A stretch of DNA of 55,369 bases, counting the filler, from Sphacelaria rigidula (Eukaryota), in NCBI GenBank assembly GCA_964200075.2. It is 5 parts of 5 records of this genome, joined end to end, with 100 filler letters (N's around TTAATTAATTAA, not from the genome) between each part and the next. Parts side by side here need not be neighbours in the genome. Positions count along the whole stretch, not along the records: positions 33,284 to 44,276 come from CAXNAA020005563.1; positions 44,377 to 55,369 come from CAXNAA020005564.1; 3 more parts are not named here. The stretch is one strand, 5' to 3'. The notes below the pieces were generated by a model. That model worked only from the letters and a program-made list of their open reading frames with translations. It was not told the origin of the DNA and did no database searches. The translations under genes were made by a program, and so were the position numbers. Shown here piece by piece: positions 36,901-49,500 of the stretch; the first letter of the stretch is position 1, and the number at the start of each line of letters is the position of its first letter.

Positions 36901-39473
36901 TTCATCCGTTCACATCCATGAATAATTTGATGCGACTTCAGGAAGGTGAAGGAGACTCGTGACACCCTCTGCTCTATGTACCCCGATCTCTCGCCAACGT
37001 TCAAGGCGGTCACCGCGACGAAGAGCGCCAGAAGTGTGCTACTCCCAAGTGTTTCACCTGCATGTCCTGGCAATCCTTGAGGTTGGCAAGCAGGGCGTCA
37101 TCATCGTCATCGTCATCGTCATCATCATCACGTTGCTTCGCCGCCTCCTGGTGTCGGCTAGTCTTGCTAACTTTGTTTTTCGTAGCTTTGGACTGTGTAG
37201 TGTTCAGCGCGGCAAGGAGCAAAGACGGTGGACATAGCGATAAAACCCGCCAAACCAGGACAATGTCTCAGATTCGCGGTGGTCAGAGGAATACTCACCC
37301 AGGAGAGGGTCGCACAAGTCGCTCCAGGAAATGATGACGGAACAACACGCGGACGGTGTGGAGCAAGACAAGCTGCCTCCCAGAGATGTAGCATGCTCTC
37401 GACCGTACGTACTTGTAACGTAGGTCGAACCCGATGGAAGTCACATACGCCCTTTGTTCGTGTTCCGTCGGCAGTGCATCACAAAAGCATGACGACTGAT
37501 TTGATAGATTGAATGGTCGATTAATTGGTTGGTTGGTTGTCGGACCTTTACTGATCTCCCAGGGATCCAGCCTTATCGTGGTCACATGATATACGTACCC
37601 GAGACGACACGAAATTGAAACACTCGCTGTATATAGCATTGTGTAGCCGCTCATTTTTGGCGCGTGGGTGCATTGACATCGATCTACAAATCAAAGCGAG
37701 TCCATTGGAATGGAAACGGCAGTCGACCATGAGACACCGTCCTCCGCCGCATTGCTGTTGTCGTAAGTTATGGAACAAAAGAACAAACACTATAATAACA
37801 TTATTCTAGGCCATGCGAATGCCTTAGGGCGGACTTCCCATGACAAGGGGAGTTGGAACCCGCTTTCACATTGTTTCTGTCTTTCTCCACATCGCATATA
37901 TTGTCAAGGCGAGACTACTACACGGCGGTATCCCCCGAGAGTCGTCAGTGTCACCTCGTTGAGCTTTCCCAACCGTTCCCTTGCACGCTTAGCTGCAGCC
38001 GTGCCCCCTCCCGTACCGTAGTCCTCATCGTCCGCGTCGTCCTCCCAATCGCTGGGTACGAGATATGCATCTTCGTCTTCGTCCAGTCCTCCCCGCGATC
38101 TACAATGTCCGTGGGCGTTCGAAAACAAGAGCACATGGGGCAACTTTGCATGTTGACCGTGTTGATGTGTGCTCATTTAGATCGCACCTGCATACTCTGG
38201 CCGTCCACCAATGAGTAACTGTCACCGTGGGTACCGGTTCAACAGCGAGACACAAGGGGTGTCGACAGATTTCACTCGATGTCAACCAGTTTGCACTGGG
38301 TGAGGCACGCTAATATCGATTGAAAAACAGCCACTAATAGCTAGTGCTGAGGAGCTGAACGGCGTGGCCTGCATATTTGCCGAGAGGTATACAGTACGTG
38401 CTACAGGCGCGGCTTGTGCGGGTGTGGTTGAGTGGTGTTCAAATGTTGTGCCCGAAGTTCACGGAATTTCCCCCTTCATCACCGACAGATTATCCCCCCG
38501 TCAGTCAATTGAGAAGGATGGGTCGAGGTGGATACACAAGGGCAAGCGCATGGACCCGCTGCGGCGAGCTTGTCGCCCTCCCTCGCCTCTGTGGTGGGTA
38601 GGTAGCATAGCCAAGGTGTGGTGAGGGTATCCATGGCAAACCATTACTCACAGCTGAACGATACACCGAGGTGGAAATATGCACCCGCCTCGTTCAACCA
38701 TGGCAGAGTGCTTCTGCACGTCTATTGGCTGAAACTTCTTTCGCATCGTGTTTGCCTCGCCCACGCGTCCTTGTAGCGTCCATCCACAGCGTCCATCCAC
38801 ACCAACCGAAACCACCCTAATCCGCCATCAACTTGCGGGACTGTCAGCGGAAAAATCTCGGAACAGAATACCAGGACGTTGAAATGGTCACCCCTTTAGC
38901 CGCCAGGGTGGGTCATCTAGGACTGACAGCATTTCTTCTAGAGAAAACTATGCTAATCCAACCCATGATCCACCCTGGCGGTCAGAGGTGACTGTACTGT
39001 TGTGGTCAGCGGCATTGACTTGGAGTGTCCTCGCGCAGGTATCATGTCCGTTATTGTGAAGAACAGACTACACAATGGAGCAGCACAGCACAGAGGGGTA
39101 CACCGCAAGGCATGAAAAATAATATGTTCGCGGGGGCACATCGTACTGATGGTGGATACCTTTCATCGCCTGGGGCTGGCGAACGGGGACAGAGTTGGGC
39201 TGGCTGGGTTCAAAACTCGCAGAGAATTGAGCATCGCTGAAGAAGACCGTTCGGAAGACCGTCACGACGAATCAGTACTGTTGTTTAGTGCGCTCTGTGC
39301 CATGCGGTGGTGGCCATACTGGAAACAAAGACAGTTTTGAAGCTCCGCCGGTCACGCGGCTACAGCACGTTGAAAGTTGCACAGATAACTCCAGATGGCG
39401 ACACTGATAACGTGACGCCTTTATTAGTGAATAATCTATCGACTCACCGCCTAGCCTTACGGCGACTGCTCAT
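33846..39473 (-). CDS. XPB: TFIIH helicase/translocase subunit XPB, 5' part (six exons; truncated by the contig end)
   Basis: Spliced translation ...[68 protein letters not shown]...[40 protein letters not shown] matches the conserved XPB/ERCC3/Ssl2 N-terminal domain; exon phases are consistent. Confidence 0.93.
34647..34796 (-). CDS. XPB: XPB exon 5 ([50 protein letters not shown])
   Basis: cag|GCT ... AAG|gttagt; 150 bp; highly conserved XPB motif. Confidence 0.95.
35186..35272 (-). CDS. XPB: XPB exon 4 ([29 protein letters not shown])
   Basis: tag|CTG ... CAG|gtgagc; 87 bp; matches the RPLWV..DGHIFLE motif. Confidence 0.93.
35580..35942. repeat. Repeat rich in CGGAGCGGATATCCG motifs, in an XPB intron
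   Basis: Multiple ggagcggatatccg-like units; related copy at 36590-36895. Confidence 0.65.
36590..36895. repeat. Second copy of the CGGAGCGGATATCCG repeat
   Basis: Shares gatttttcgagtatggtacggagcggatatccgcc with ~35711-35760. Confidence 0.65.
37058..37192 (-). CDS. XPB: XPB exon 3 (SKATKNK...poly-Asp...KDCQDMQ)
   Basis: cag|TCC ... CAG|gtgaaa; 135 bp; ends immediately before the conserved LK..H..RPIW motif. Confidence 0.8.
37955..38099 (-). CDS. XPB: XPB exon 2, acidic N-terminal region ([27 protein letters not shown]...GKLNE)
   Basis: tag|A TCG CGG ... AAC GAG|gtgaca; phase 2-0. Confidence 0.7.
39448..39473 (-). CDS. XPB: Probable XPB exon 1 (MSSRRKAR[R])
   Basis: gcagcATG ... CG|gtgagt; phase 2 fits the next exon; an alternative phase-2 first exon exists at 38652-38701. 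Confidence 0.55.
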
Positions 39474-42400
39474 GCTGCCTTGTCAAGGCCTTGTCGATCC
39501 TGACGGTCGAGCAGGTCGTTTCTTCTCTCGAGAGACTGTCCAACTCTCGAACTAGATCGCAACGTTAACTCTGAAAGCAGCAGCTTAAGCTCAGCAATTC
39601 ACCACCCAAACCGTATTCTACTACTTTTACTTAGCACGAATACAACCAAGTAGGCCGTAGGCATGAAACGCGCGCTAGCTGGCCACTGCAAGGAAGGGAC
39701 GAGGACAGACGAGGTCATATCATGCCATGCGTTGGGAGTATTTGGGTTTTAGTGTGGTACTCGGGCTTGCCTACGATCGGTCATACCTGTTGGTCGGTAG
39801 CTGGTAAGTATTTCGGTAGATTGGTGGTTTTGCTTTCCAGAATTATACAACATTGTTAGAGATATACCAAAAATTACATAGACAACGAAAGCTTGGCGTG
39901 TTAGGAGAACACGATCTTCTCTTTGTTTTATTTGTCATCGAGATTACCGTCGGGCCAACCCAGTTTTCCTACAGGGAGTGTTCTACACCGTCATAATTTT
40001 CCCATGGGGAGTGTTATACACCGTCCGGGCATAATGAGTCGCATACTGTCCGTCTTTGCACATCACACAATCTCAAGTGTGGACCAGACAATACGACCCG
40101 TCCTCGTACACACGTTGAGCAATGCACCGGCCACTCGAGTCACAACAAGGCAATTCTATTGGCTACAGTAACAAGGATGATGCAGCTGCAGCAGAGAGAG
40201 ATGAGCTGATTCGGAAGTTGGGTCTCCATGAACTCACAGCGGCACTTGGGAGCCTGAGGTGCAGCCAGTAGGAGGATCGTAGCACGTGGTGACTACTGTG
40301 ACGTGATTTACTCCGGCACTGTACGCTACGGTACTCGAGTGCTCTCTACATGCCTGTCCATCTACCATTTTGCCAAACATTACAGAGATCTTGCGTGCAA
40401 CAAATCACCTGGTGCACCATCGATCGTGCTCTTGTGCGCGAAGGATTTTTTGCATATTTTTCGGAACATTTCCAAGGCGTGAACATCTTACATCTTTCTA
40501 GGCACTCATACTTTTGCTTCCCCGCCCCTCTTCACAAATACAGTCTGTACTTTGTGTGTCATTACCAGCCACCCAGAGGCTGGATTTTGTCCCCCTTCCC
40601 CCCGCCCTTGCCCCGCTCCGCCCATTTCTGTTTACTGGATTGAAATGGGCTGTAATATCGAGCAGTATGCCCCCACAGGGTCAGGCACGCGGGTAAATAT
40701 CCAACCAGTTTTTCTCCAAAATAACCCGACAAATGTGCATTACCATGCACGACAAGGGGGCTGTTACGGTACACTGATATCGTTCACATAAACCACGCAC
40801 GACAGGTGGGCTGTATATGAACGTTGAACGTTGCTGTACTGTACTGTACTGTACTGTTGTCTGTGTTTGTTTTCTGACCGTTGAACAGCAAGGCCGTGTC
40901 TTATCATATTTTCTTCGACTCGAACGAGTTCGCGCGGCGGAACTGATTCAGTTCGCTTTCCTGTGTTTGAGTCCGAGGGAATTTGCGCGCTTTGAATCGA
41001 AAAGGCTGAGCGGAATCCGTGAAGCGGTACTTCTTTCTTATATATAGTACGGTACAGACAGTACAGACCGTACAACAACAATGACGACCTCTACTGTTGT
41101 ACAGATAGTGTGTGTGTGTGTGTGTGTGTGTTTCGCACAGCGTGCAGGCGCGATGTGCAAAAGAAGCGAGCAACGCGACATACATACAGCACAGCTTTCT
41201 GACTCTCTGCATACAGGAGGATGCGAAACAGATTTTAACCACGAACAGCTTTGCACCATCTCTACCCTCCATGAGCGCGTTGGCAATTCAATCGTCCACC
41301 CCAACACGCACCTCAGTCGATAGACCCTGCCACAAAATGAGATGCCCAAGTTTTCGCCAACAAGAAGAAACACATGATGCCAACAGTGTGGTGGTATCGT
41401 TTTTCGGTCACCGCAGTGTATGTATCCCTGCCCTCAGTTCGTGATCTATGCCGCAGGGTTGAGTAGGTAGCTGCGAATGAACCATACTGTATGTGTTTTG
41501 CGCAATTCTGTGGAAGGGTAGTGTCTGGCACGGTTGTCTTCAAGACAGGAGTTACGTGCCCCTTCGTTCATTCCGCCGCTCGTTTGGCTCGAAAAAGCTA
41601 AGCTTTTCTGCTTTTTACGCTGCCCGTCGCGCGCAACGAATTATAGAATGGGCTTGAAGGTATCTGAGAACACAAATGCCGTGGACGTATCTGATACGGC
41701 CTCGTAGCGACCAGTTCGATTCGACGGCATGTTTTCGAGTCGATTTAATTTTGATAAGACATGGCCTATTTTACGTGCATGCGTGCAGAAGTGACACGCG
41801 AAGCACGTTCACAATACTCTCTGCACACGGTGTGCCCTAGCTCACCCACATTACGAAGACTCAGAATATTCTGCCCCGCGTCCATGCGTACGTACTCTGA
41901 TGCCCGTCTCCTCGTACAAGTCGACGACTGGAGTCTCTGGAGGCTTTCGTCATGCCGGAAGGAAGTAAGCACGGTTATCGACGGAAGGAGGAGGCAACAA
42001 AACAACTCGAGAGGAGCGCCCGCTGCGTCTCACAGGCGCTTCCAGGTATGGAGGCGTTTTTTTTTGCCATCTCATGGGCCTACGTTTCTGCGCTGTGCAC
42101 GTGACTTCTGCCGTATTTGTACCCGTGGAATGATCGTTGGGTCTGTCGTCCAGGCCGGTTCTGGCATGTTGGTACAAAGGAGGAGAAATATGTGGGATAT
42201 TCAAAGACGTCGAAGGATGTGGCGGTTTGGTTTGTACGAGAAGCCGACAAGCTGGCTGGAGAGTGCGTGACTTCCCAGTGCCCTCTCCGAGAATACGAGC
42301 TGGGCCAGCTCAGAAGCGGCCAAACGTTGTCCACACTACAGCTTTCCCAGTTTCCCGAATAAACCCGATGTGAGCATGTCACTGTGAAGTGCAGAACATT

Positions 42401-42639
42401 CCGGTATCACACGGCACCGCCGCTGAATGAAGGAAAAAAATGAAAGACAAAAAAGGCAGAGGGTTAGAGCACGAGTACGAGTAATCGGCGTTGTCGATGC
42501 TTCCAGTACGTTAGAATACTCAGTTTTTTCGGCAGGGGATGCTACACGTACTGCGGCATATTCGCTGAACCCGTGTTTTTCTCGAGGAATCTCCCGAGGT
42601 AGGTTTCCCGCGGTTTAGACCATTTATTACGCTTGTTTT

Positions 42640-43100
42640 CTGGGGGGGTGGACGTATTTTCCAGTTTTACGCCATTTGACACGGTTTCTGGTCCCCAAAC
42701 AGGGGTTATTGCCATCAGATGTCTTGGACACTTCGCGTCACCTCACTGAAGAGTCTAGCCCACTTTTTCGATTCGGTTGGCTCCGAGGCTTCGAGGTTGA
42801 CCTCCGAACAAAAATCTAGCTGGACGTGAAAAAATAACGTGTACACGTGAATCTTTGGTGATTTTTGGAGTTTTCAATATCGTGCTCACATATTTTCATG
42901 CCCGGCTAGATTGTTTTGTTCAGAGGCCATTCTCGAAACATCGGAGCGAAGCGAGTCGGGGAAGTGGGCTGGGCTCCTCTCGGTGAGGTAATGCAAAGTG
43001 TCCAAGATATGTGATGTCGATATTACCGGTTCGGGGGCCGAGAACTGGATCAAATATCCCCCCCCTGAAAAATATGCCCCCCCCCCCCCCGCCCTCCCCC
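42640..43100. mobile_element. Foldback element with ~190-bp arms and G/C-run ends
   Basis: tcttggacactt.gcgtcacctcac / gtgaggtaatgcaaagtgtccaaga; gaacaaaaatctagc / gctagattgttttgttc. Confidence 0.65.
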
Positions 43101-44276
43101 CCAACCCCCCCAATGACAAAAAGCAACTGTACGAAATGTTCTTCTAAGAGTTGATGGAACTTAGCCGCAATTCCGCGTAGATCGGCAAAACCTAGCTCCG
43201 CACAGTAACGTACCACGGCATCGAAAAATTATTTTGTTACCGTGGAATACTATATCGTTCCGCACCGCACCGTTGCCGCGATTCACTAATACCGAGCTGT
43301 ATGTGCCACAATTTGAAGTACCGTAGTCTACAAATTAATCCCACGCGGGACCCCGCATCTTTGATGATGTGTGGCTCAGGCTGTCGTGTCGACACACACA
43401 CACACACACACACACAAAAGCTGAAAAAGGAAGCAAGCAAAAACGCCTGTCTGCCCACAACCCACACACATGGCAATCACTTTGATTCCTAGCGAGGGAG
43501 CACGAGAGCGACTTTTTGGAAGGGTTATTCCTATTGGTACCATGTCAAGTCGCGAAAAGGCCTGGAGATCTCAACGGGTGGGACTGAAACACGGTTCACA
43601 TACAACGCACAACCCAGTTCGAACAAACACGCTTAGACCATAGACCATCCAGAGCACGAGTGCATCATCCTAGCGCTAGCTGCTCTTGCTCATCCACACA
43701 CAGTATTGTATGTTTCACGGCAATCCGTTCCGTATTGAAGGAAGGGCTGCGGTGTGTGTGCCACAAACGTTGCTCATGATGGAGTCATTCGCCGTTTGTG
43801 CGTGTGTTATGCGGCGCCCGTCTGACGAAAAACATCGGATCGCCCTCAATTTTGGGCCGATTTTCACCACGCCGAAAAAAACGTCATCCTCAGTTGATCA
43901 AGAGCTACCGCTCGAGCTATGCATTTTGCATGCTGGGACATTGGGATCAGAAGTTGATGTGTGCTTGTACCTGAGATCGGTACTGTGACAGGCATGTACC
44001 ACAGCAAGAGGTATTGCGCCGCTGCTGCGTGCTCCCCCTAAAGCGTGCCTCAGTACCTTTTTTTTCGCCGATCTGATAGGTCCACCGCGTCCTATGTTCC
44101 TAGAAGGCTTCAACGCAAAATTATAATTAGCGGCGCGCGGAGCAGAATGCAACGAGGTAAAAAACCACCGTTTTCGATCGAAAACATGCGGTCGAAAGGC
44201 ACGAAGCGGCACTTGACTCCTATTTTACAGACCACCACGCCAAATAACATCTGTTCACAGGGCCATGCAAACTCCA

Positions 44277-44376
44277 NNNNNNNNNNNNNNNNNNNNNNNN
44301 NNNNNNNNNNNNNNNNNNNNTTAATTAATTAANNNNNNNNNNNNNNNNNNNNNNNNNNNNNNNNNNNNNNNNNNNN
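44277..44376. other. Artificial contig linker
   Basis: Same N44-TTAATTAATTAA-N44 structure. Confidence 0.97.
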
Positions 44377-44419
44377 GAAAAAAAAGGGTGAGAGGGGGGC
44401 GGGGGGAGGGGGGGTGGGT

Positions 44420-44457
<38 letters not shown>

Positions 44458-44559
44458 GGACAAGATAAGGAAGGACGTGGCATTCAGGCGGAGGATAATG
44501 CAATCTGCTCCAAACAAAGAAGTCGTTAGGGCGTATCTCAGCACACTATTTTTCTACCG

Positions 44560-44690
44560 AAAATGTGCGGTGGAAACGGAAAACTCCGATCTGATAGGTG
44601 GTTGTGATTTCAACCATCACAGTTAATTTTGAAGATTGTTGAAACCACGACCTATCAGATCGGAATATTTGTCTTCCACCGCACTTTTTC
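44560..44690. repeat. Imperfect hairpin
   Basis: gtgcggtggaa...tccgatctgataggt / acctatcagatcgga...ttccaccgcac. Confidence 0.55.
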
Positions 44691-47600
44691 GATCGAAAAC
44701 CGATGTGCGAAGACATGGCCTTATGCAATTCCGAAGAAAAAACAGCGAAACGAAAAAAAACATAGCAAGCGCCCGGAAACCCAAGAGCCTGAGAAGATTT
44801 AGGGAAGGCTACCTAGAAAGGCGATGAGAGGGCTACATCTCCCGTGGCTTGAGGAAAGGTGAAAAATGTAAGGGGTCGAAGAACCCCCGAACTGGATTTA
44901 CGTAAAGAAGGGATATATTTTCCGATTTTTCAAAAAATGAAGGGCGTCAAATGCAGGAGAAATTACAGCAGGGCAAGGCTGTCTGCAAATGTGCCATGAA
45001 GATACGGATGTTGACTAAAATAATCATCCGTCCACTTGATTTTTCGAACGGAACAAAGCTCGGGGTACGATATCGGTCGTAATGTGACACGCATGCGGGC
45101 GGTAGCAACGAACGGATTTCCGTCCAACAAACACTGCTGCTGTGTATAGACGAGCAAGGGACCACTAGAGCTGAAGGCGATGCGCATGTATGTGTGGCGG
45201 GTGTTCGTGCCTGTTTTTTTCGGAGGTTGGTGCAAACGTGTTGTGTTTCCTCGTCGCGTCTTCCTCGCCCCGGTGCAAAGGGGTGTTAAGTCAACGAACC
45301 CTGCACGAGCTGCCGCATTTGAAACCTCGCGTGCACGTCTCGCGCATGGAAAAGCGTTTTTTGTGTGACTTCAATTTAGGAGGTTGTATGCACTGCATTT
45401 TACATTTGCTTCGATCTGTTTTCAAGCCAAGAGGTTACGCACTGGATCTCGCTTCCGACGCACGCATTATACCACGATCCAAGCATTGAGCCCACGATCA
45501 TCATGTACACGGTTACTGTCGTGCCCACATGGACACTCTTCACCCCGTCGAGGGGGAGTCGCACTCTCTAAATTAAGTCGTAGAGACAAGTAGTAGTAGT
45601 AGTAGTAGTAAGTAGTAGTAGCGTAACCAACCGTGCCGTATCTGACACAACTTGCGTACGAGCTGAGCTAGGCTAGTAACGGATTGAAGCTCTCACAGTC
45701 ATATCTAGTCGACACAGAAGAGTTGCGTCATGATCCGCATATCTTCTCGATCGTCTAACGAGGGGAAGCATGCCCAATTGCTCACATGACTGGGCCACCT
45801 TTTTTTCGTTGACGAAACGCTATGTTGAGAAAATCCTGTGCCGGACGGAGATAGGTCCAGACTAAAGTCTACCTGAATCGCCAAACGATAATTATAGCGG
45901 ATGGTGGCAATCTTGAGTGTAAGCATCCCCTGGAGCACGGGGAAACGATCGATACTCCCACCTTCATCCAATTCGTCATATATCTAGAGATTTGGCGCAC
46001 ATAATATTCCATACTAAACTCCATATACACGAGAAGATGCACTAGATGCACTAAATCTGATTTTCGCCCTTCAGTTTTGAGAACTGTGCTTTGAAATTTG
46101 GTATGGAGAATCACTACGGCATAACTTGAAGAATGTTCAGCTCCTTGAAGTTTTGTTTTTCTATATTTCTGTGTCTTCGGAACGTTCAAGTAAAAAACGG
46201 GCGCCGTTTTTGGCCCATGCCTCACTTTCTCAGCTCAATGTTTAGAATTTGATTTGAAATTGAATATGGAAAATAGCAAGGGCATCCTGAAAACAAAACA
46301 TGGTCGCTCGGGTTTTCCCTGACTTAAGGATGTCGTGAAAATGGTTCTTACTAAAGTAAAACGTCCTCAACTCGGGAAAGAATTAGGAAATCATCGCGTC
46401 CCATTTTGTTTCATTAAGCAGTTCTAGTGCTTTTCCGCACAAGACTTCAAAGCATAAGTAGTACCAAAACCGGAGTAATAAGTGTCCTGCAAAACACTGC
46501 TTCAAATCTCAACCAGACCTGCCTCTGAACCGCCTATTTTCACCTAAATTTTGAGTGATGGGCTTTTAAATTTGGTGTGGAGAATCGCTGGGACGTAACA
46601 CTCCTGAAGAGAACAAAACCTATTAACGTTCTAAAATGTGTTGCTTTATCATGTCCAGCTCTCAAAGTTGAGGTGAGAATCGACCTGCAACCTACAGATC
46701 CGCTCCTAGGCTGTTCCAGCTCGTACGACTTGTTTGTGGTACGGGATACACCCAGAGGTTGACAACACAAGCACACACCAACTGACTGAAAATAAAGAGA
46801 CTCATACCCAATATAGGTAATATAACTTGTTCGACGAAGGTCGGCCGGCTGCAGGAGGATCGATTCAACGCTTGATGAGAGTGTGCGGGGCAGACAAGTA
46901 TCGAGGGAAAGATGGGTTTGTCTCTTGAAGAAACTACGAACTCAGTCTGAGCAAAGGTCTGGGGTGAACATACGTCGAAGACAGGATGAAGTACACGTGC
47001 CGCGGCAGGTTGATGATCCTGTATGGCCAGTGTTTTCGGATCGCTGTGCGGGTTGATCAGAAACAACGATAAAATGTAACAGCTCAGTACTGGGCGGGGG
47101 GGCGTGATGAGCGATCGGAACAGACTATGCGGCTCCGTTATTGGTTTTCGCGTCGCTCGGCGCACACTTTGGCAACACATCCGGAATTGATACGCTTCGA
47201 CACGTACGAGCTGGGCCAGCCTAGAAACGATTTTGAGCTCTCAAAGCAATATCTCATCGACACAGACGAGTTGGGCCGTGATACGCATATCGCGTTGATT
47301 GTCCAGTCGAAGGAAAGGTGCCCATCTGCTCAAAGTTTGGGCCAATATTTTTTCGTTGATTAAACCCCATCTCTAGTAATTCCTACACCGTACGGAGCGA
47401 GTGTCCATACTAAAATCTACATGAAACCCCGAACGATACATTCAGCGGATGGCGACGTTTTTCGGTGTAGACATTCCCGCCCCCTCTTCTTTGATGACTC
47501 GACCGTTTGTTGTTGAACGTGCAAGTTTGGCCAAAAACGAAACTGTGACCTACGGCAAGCGCAGGAGTGCCCCGGAACCGTATCAGCGAGTAGGACAAGT

Positions 47601-49233
47601 CATTGCAAGATGTCAACATCCGCCTAGCCCTCTTTTCGCGAGAAACGATGGAGAAGGGCCAAAAATGCACTTTTCAAAAAGTGTTATTTTTTTTAAAATA
47701 AGAAGTAGCCCTAAAGACAACAATCAGTTTTCAGGTATCAGAAAAATTCCGCTAAATCATGACAAAAAAATGTGTGCACGGGTTATTTTGTTATTATGCC
47801 CTATTGATTGTCCATACCAAATAATAGGGTCCAACTCTGAATATTGGCCTGCGAATGGGCCTGCAAACTACAAGTTCGCTCCTGGGCTGGGCCAGCTCGA
47901 TAATTGTGCATTACGAAAGGATCATTCTTGTTTTCGAAGTTGAGTTGACCCACTGATGCAAAATTAAGTAGAACCACTTCGAATTATCGTCATACGTACG
48001 GTGGTTTCAGTACAACAGCGAAGTAACAACCCTGAAGAAGTAACACTTTGCGAAAACAGCACCGCCGAAAGCATTGAACATGTCTATCGTAAATCATGCT
48101 GTCGACCACACACACACGCTTTTCCAGATGATCGTGTGTGCCAGTCCAGCGTCGCCAGGCAAGTCGACACCCAGCACATGCATACGAGTACAGGCCCTCC
48201 GTTAATTCAGTGTCCAATATTGTACATCAGGTCGCTCGTCGCACATCCTTGATGACGTAGTTCTAGGAAATAGTCAACATATCAAAGGCATTATGATAAA
48301 CCTGTTGTGTTACACGTATAGAAAATCGTCATATAAGGCCAATTTTTCGCGCCTGATGTATATCCATCGTAATCACAAGCGTTTACAGGATGCACTTTTT
48401 TCGAGATGCTTCATGATATTCGCCACCAAAAACAGAGGACGAACACCGCAATCTTCGAACAGTATCACTCTGTGTCGCAAAGCTCCGACTCCGTGATGTT
48501 TGACTCAGGTACCGTCAGCCTATATACACCGACACCATCAAAAAGCTTCTTCAGCCTTGGGGAACTTTTTAGCTGACCTTGTATCATAATGGGCAGGATG
48601 CAGTCATAGGCTGTCTGGCTGATTGATTGAGTGCGAACGTTAACCTATATGCTTCGAATCCAGGCACCGTCGCGAGATATACTCGTACTTAGCACCGGAA
48701 AATCGATCGTAATCGTGTTGCTGTCTTGTTGTCACTGTAGTTATCGTTAGTGTGTCCAGATTGCAGCTTCTTGGTCTGTATTGTGTGATTTTCGTGCGAC
48801 AGAGGGAGGGATGGTGGTGGGGGGGGGGGGGGGGGGCGTCGAAATACTCGCAAGTGCAGCACAGCGTCACCCCCACCACATTGATTCGGAACTTAATTCA
48901 CGCTCTTGTGTACAGCGCGGTCCCGTTCGTGTGAAGAGACGCGATAAACGGTCAAACATCACGAGTGGAGGCGGACAAGAGCTTGAAAGGCTGCCAGCCA
49001 AGTCATACGGCATCCCTGAGTGTAGAGTGCTCCTATACAAACTGCACATGTCTCTGACCTGCGACTAGCCACTGCCTGTACCACGTAGTTTACGCTACCG
49101 CTCTTCTTACAACGCAACGTGCAAGGGGCGCGACGACAGTGATGAGAGGGAAAGTGACGGGGAAAATTGCACAAGCGGCCAGCTGGTGGTCGGCGTCGGT
49201 ATACCTGATAATACATGAATTTGATGTCCTAAA

Positions 49234-49500
49234 TCAGTACATCCGCAAAGGCATATACAGCGAAAAGGTGATGCCTCCCTCCCACAGTGTTGCATTTGAT
49301 ACAGCAGTCTGTATAATAACTTGAGGAAAACAGGTGACTCCGAGTATGGGCAGCATCTTCTTCGTGGCGCAAGGCGAATTATCAAAAGTGTAGACGTGAT
49401 CTATGTACAAGAAGAGAGTCTCGGTCGCGTGGTGAAGTAAAATCCTTCTCGCCCAAGATCGTTTTACGAGTCCTGTGTCCACCACATAATATATTCGTAC
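49234..49500 (-). CDS. Cullin N-terminal-repeat-like terminal exon or pseudogene fragment (88 aa + stop)
   Basis: cag|GTA ... TGA; LVKRSW...LFLYIDHVY...LPILGVTCF.QVI resembles the cullin pattern L.KRW..H......FF.YLDRY.....L..VGLTCF...V (recognised by eye only). Confidence 0.4.
   Translation of the reverse strand, partial: VRIYYVVDTGLVKRSWARRILLHHATETLFLYIDHVYTFDNSPCATKKMLPILGVTCFPQVIIQTAVSNATLWEGGITFSLYMPLRMY

Noticed and set aside
39149-39340. Plus-strand ORF with [16 protein letters not shown] resembling an SH3-like algal motif
   Set aside because: Short match, no convincing splice sites, and probably within XPB intron 1 on the opposite strand.
49460-49500. DEAH helicase motif (IYYVVDTGLVK)
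   Set aside because: Neither upstream nor downstream helicase motifs follow; the rest of the frame looks more cullin-like.
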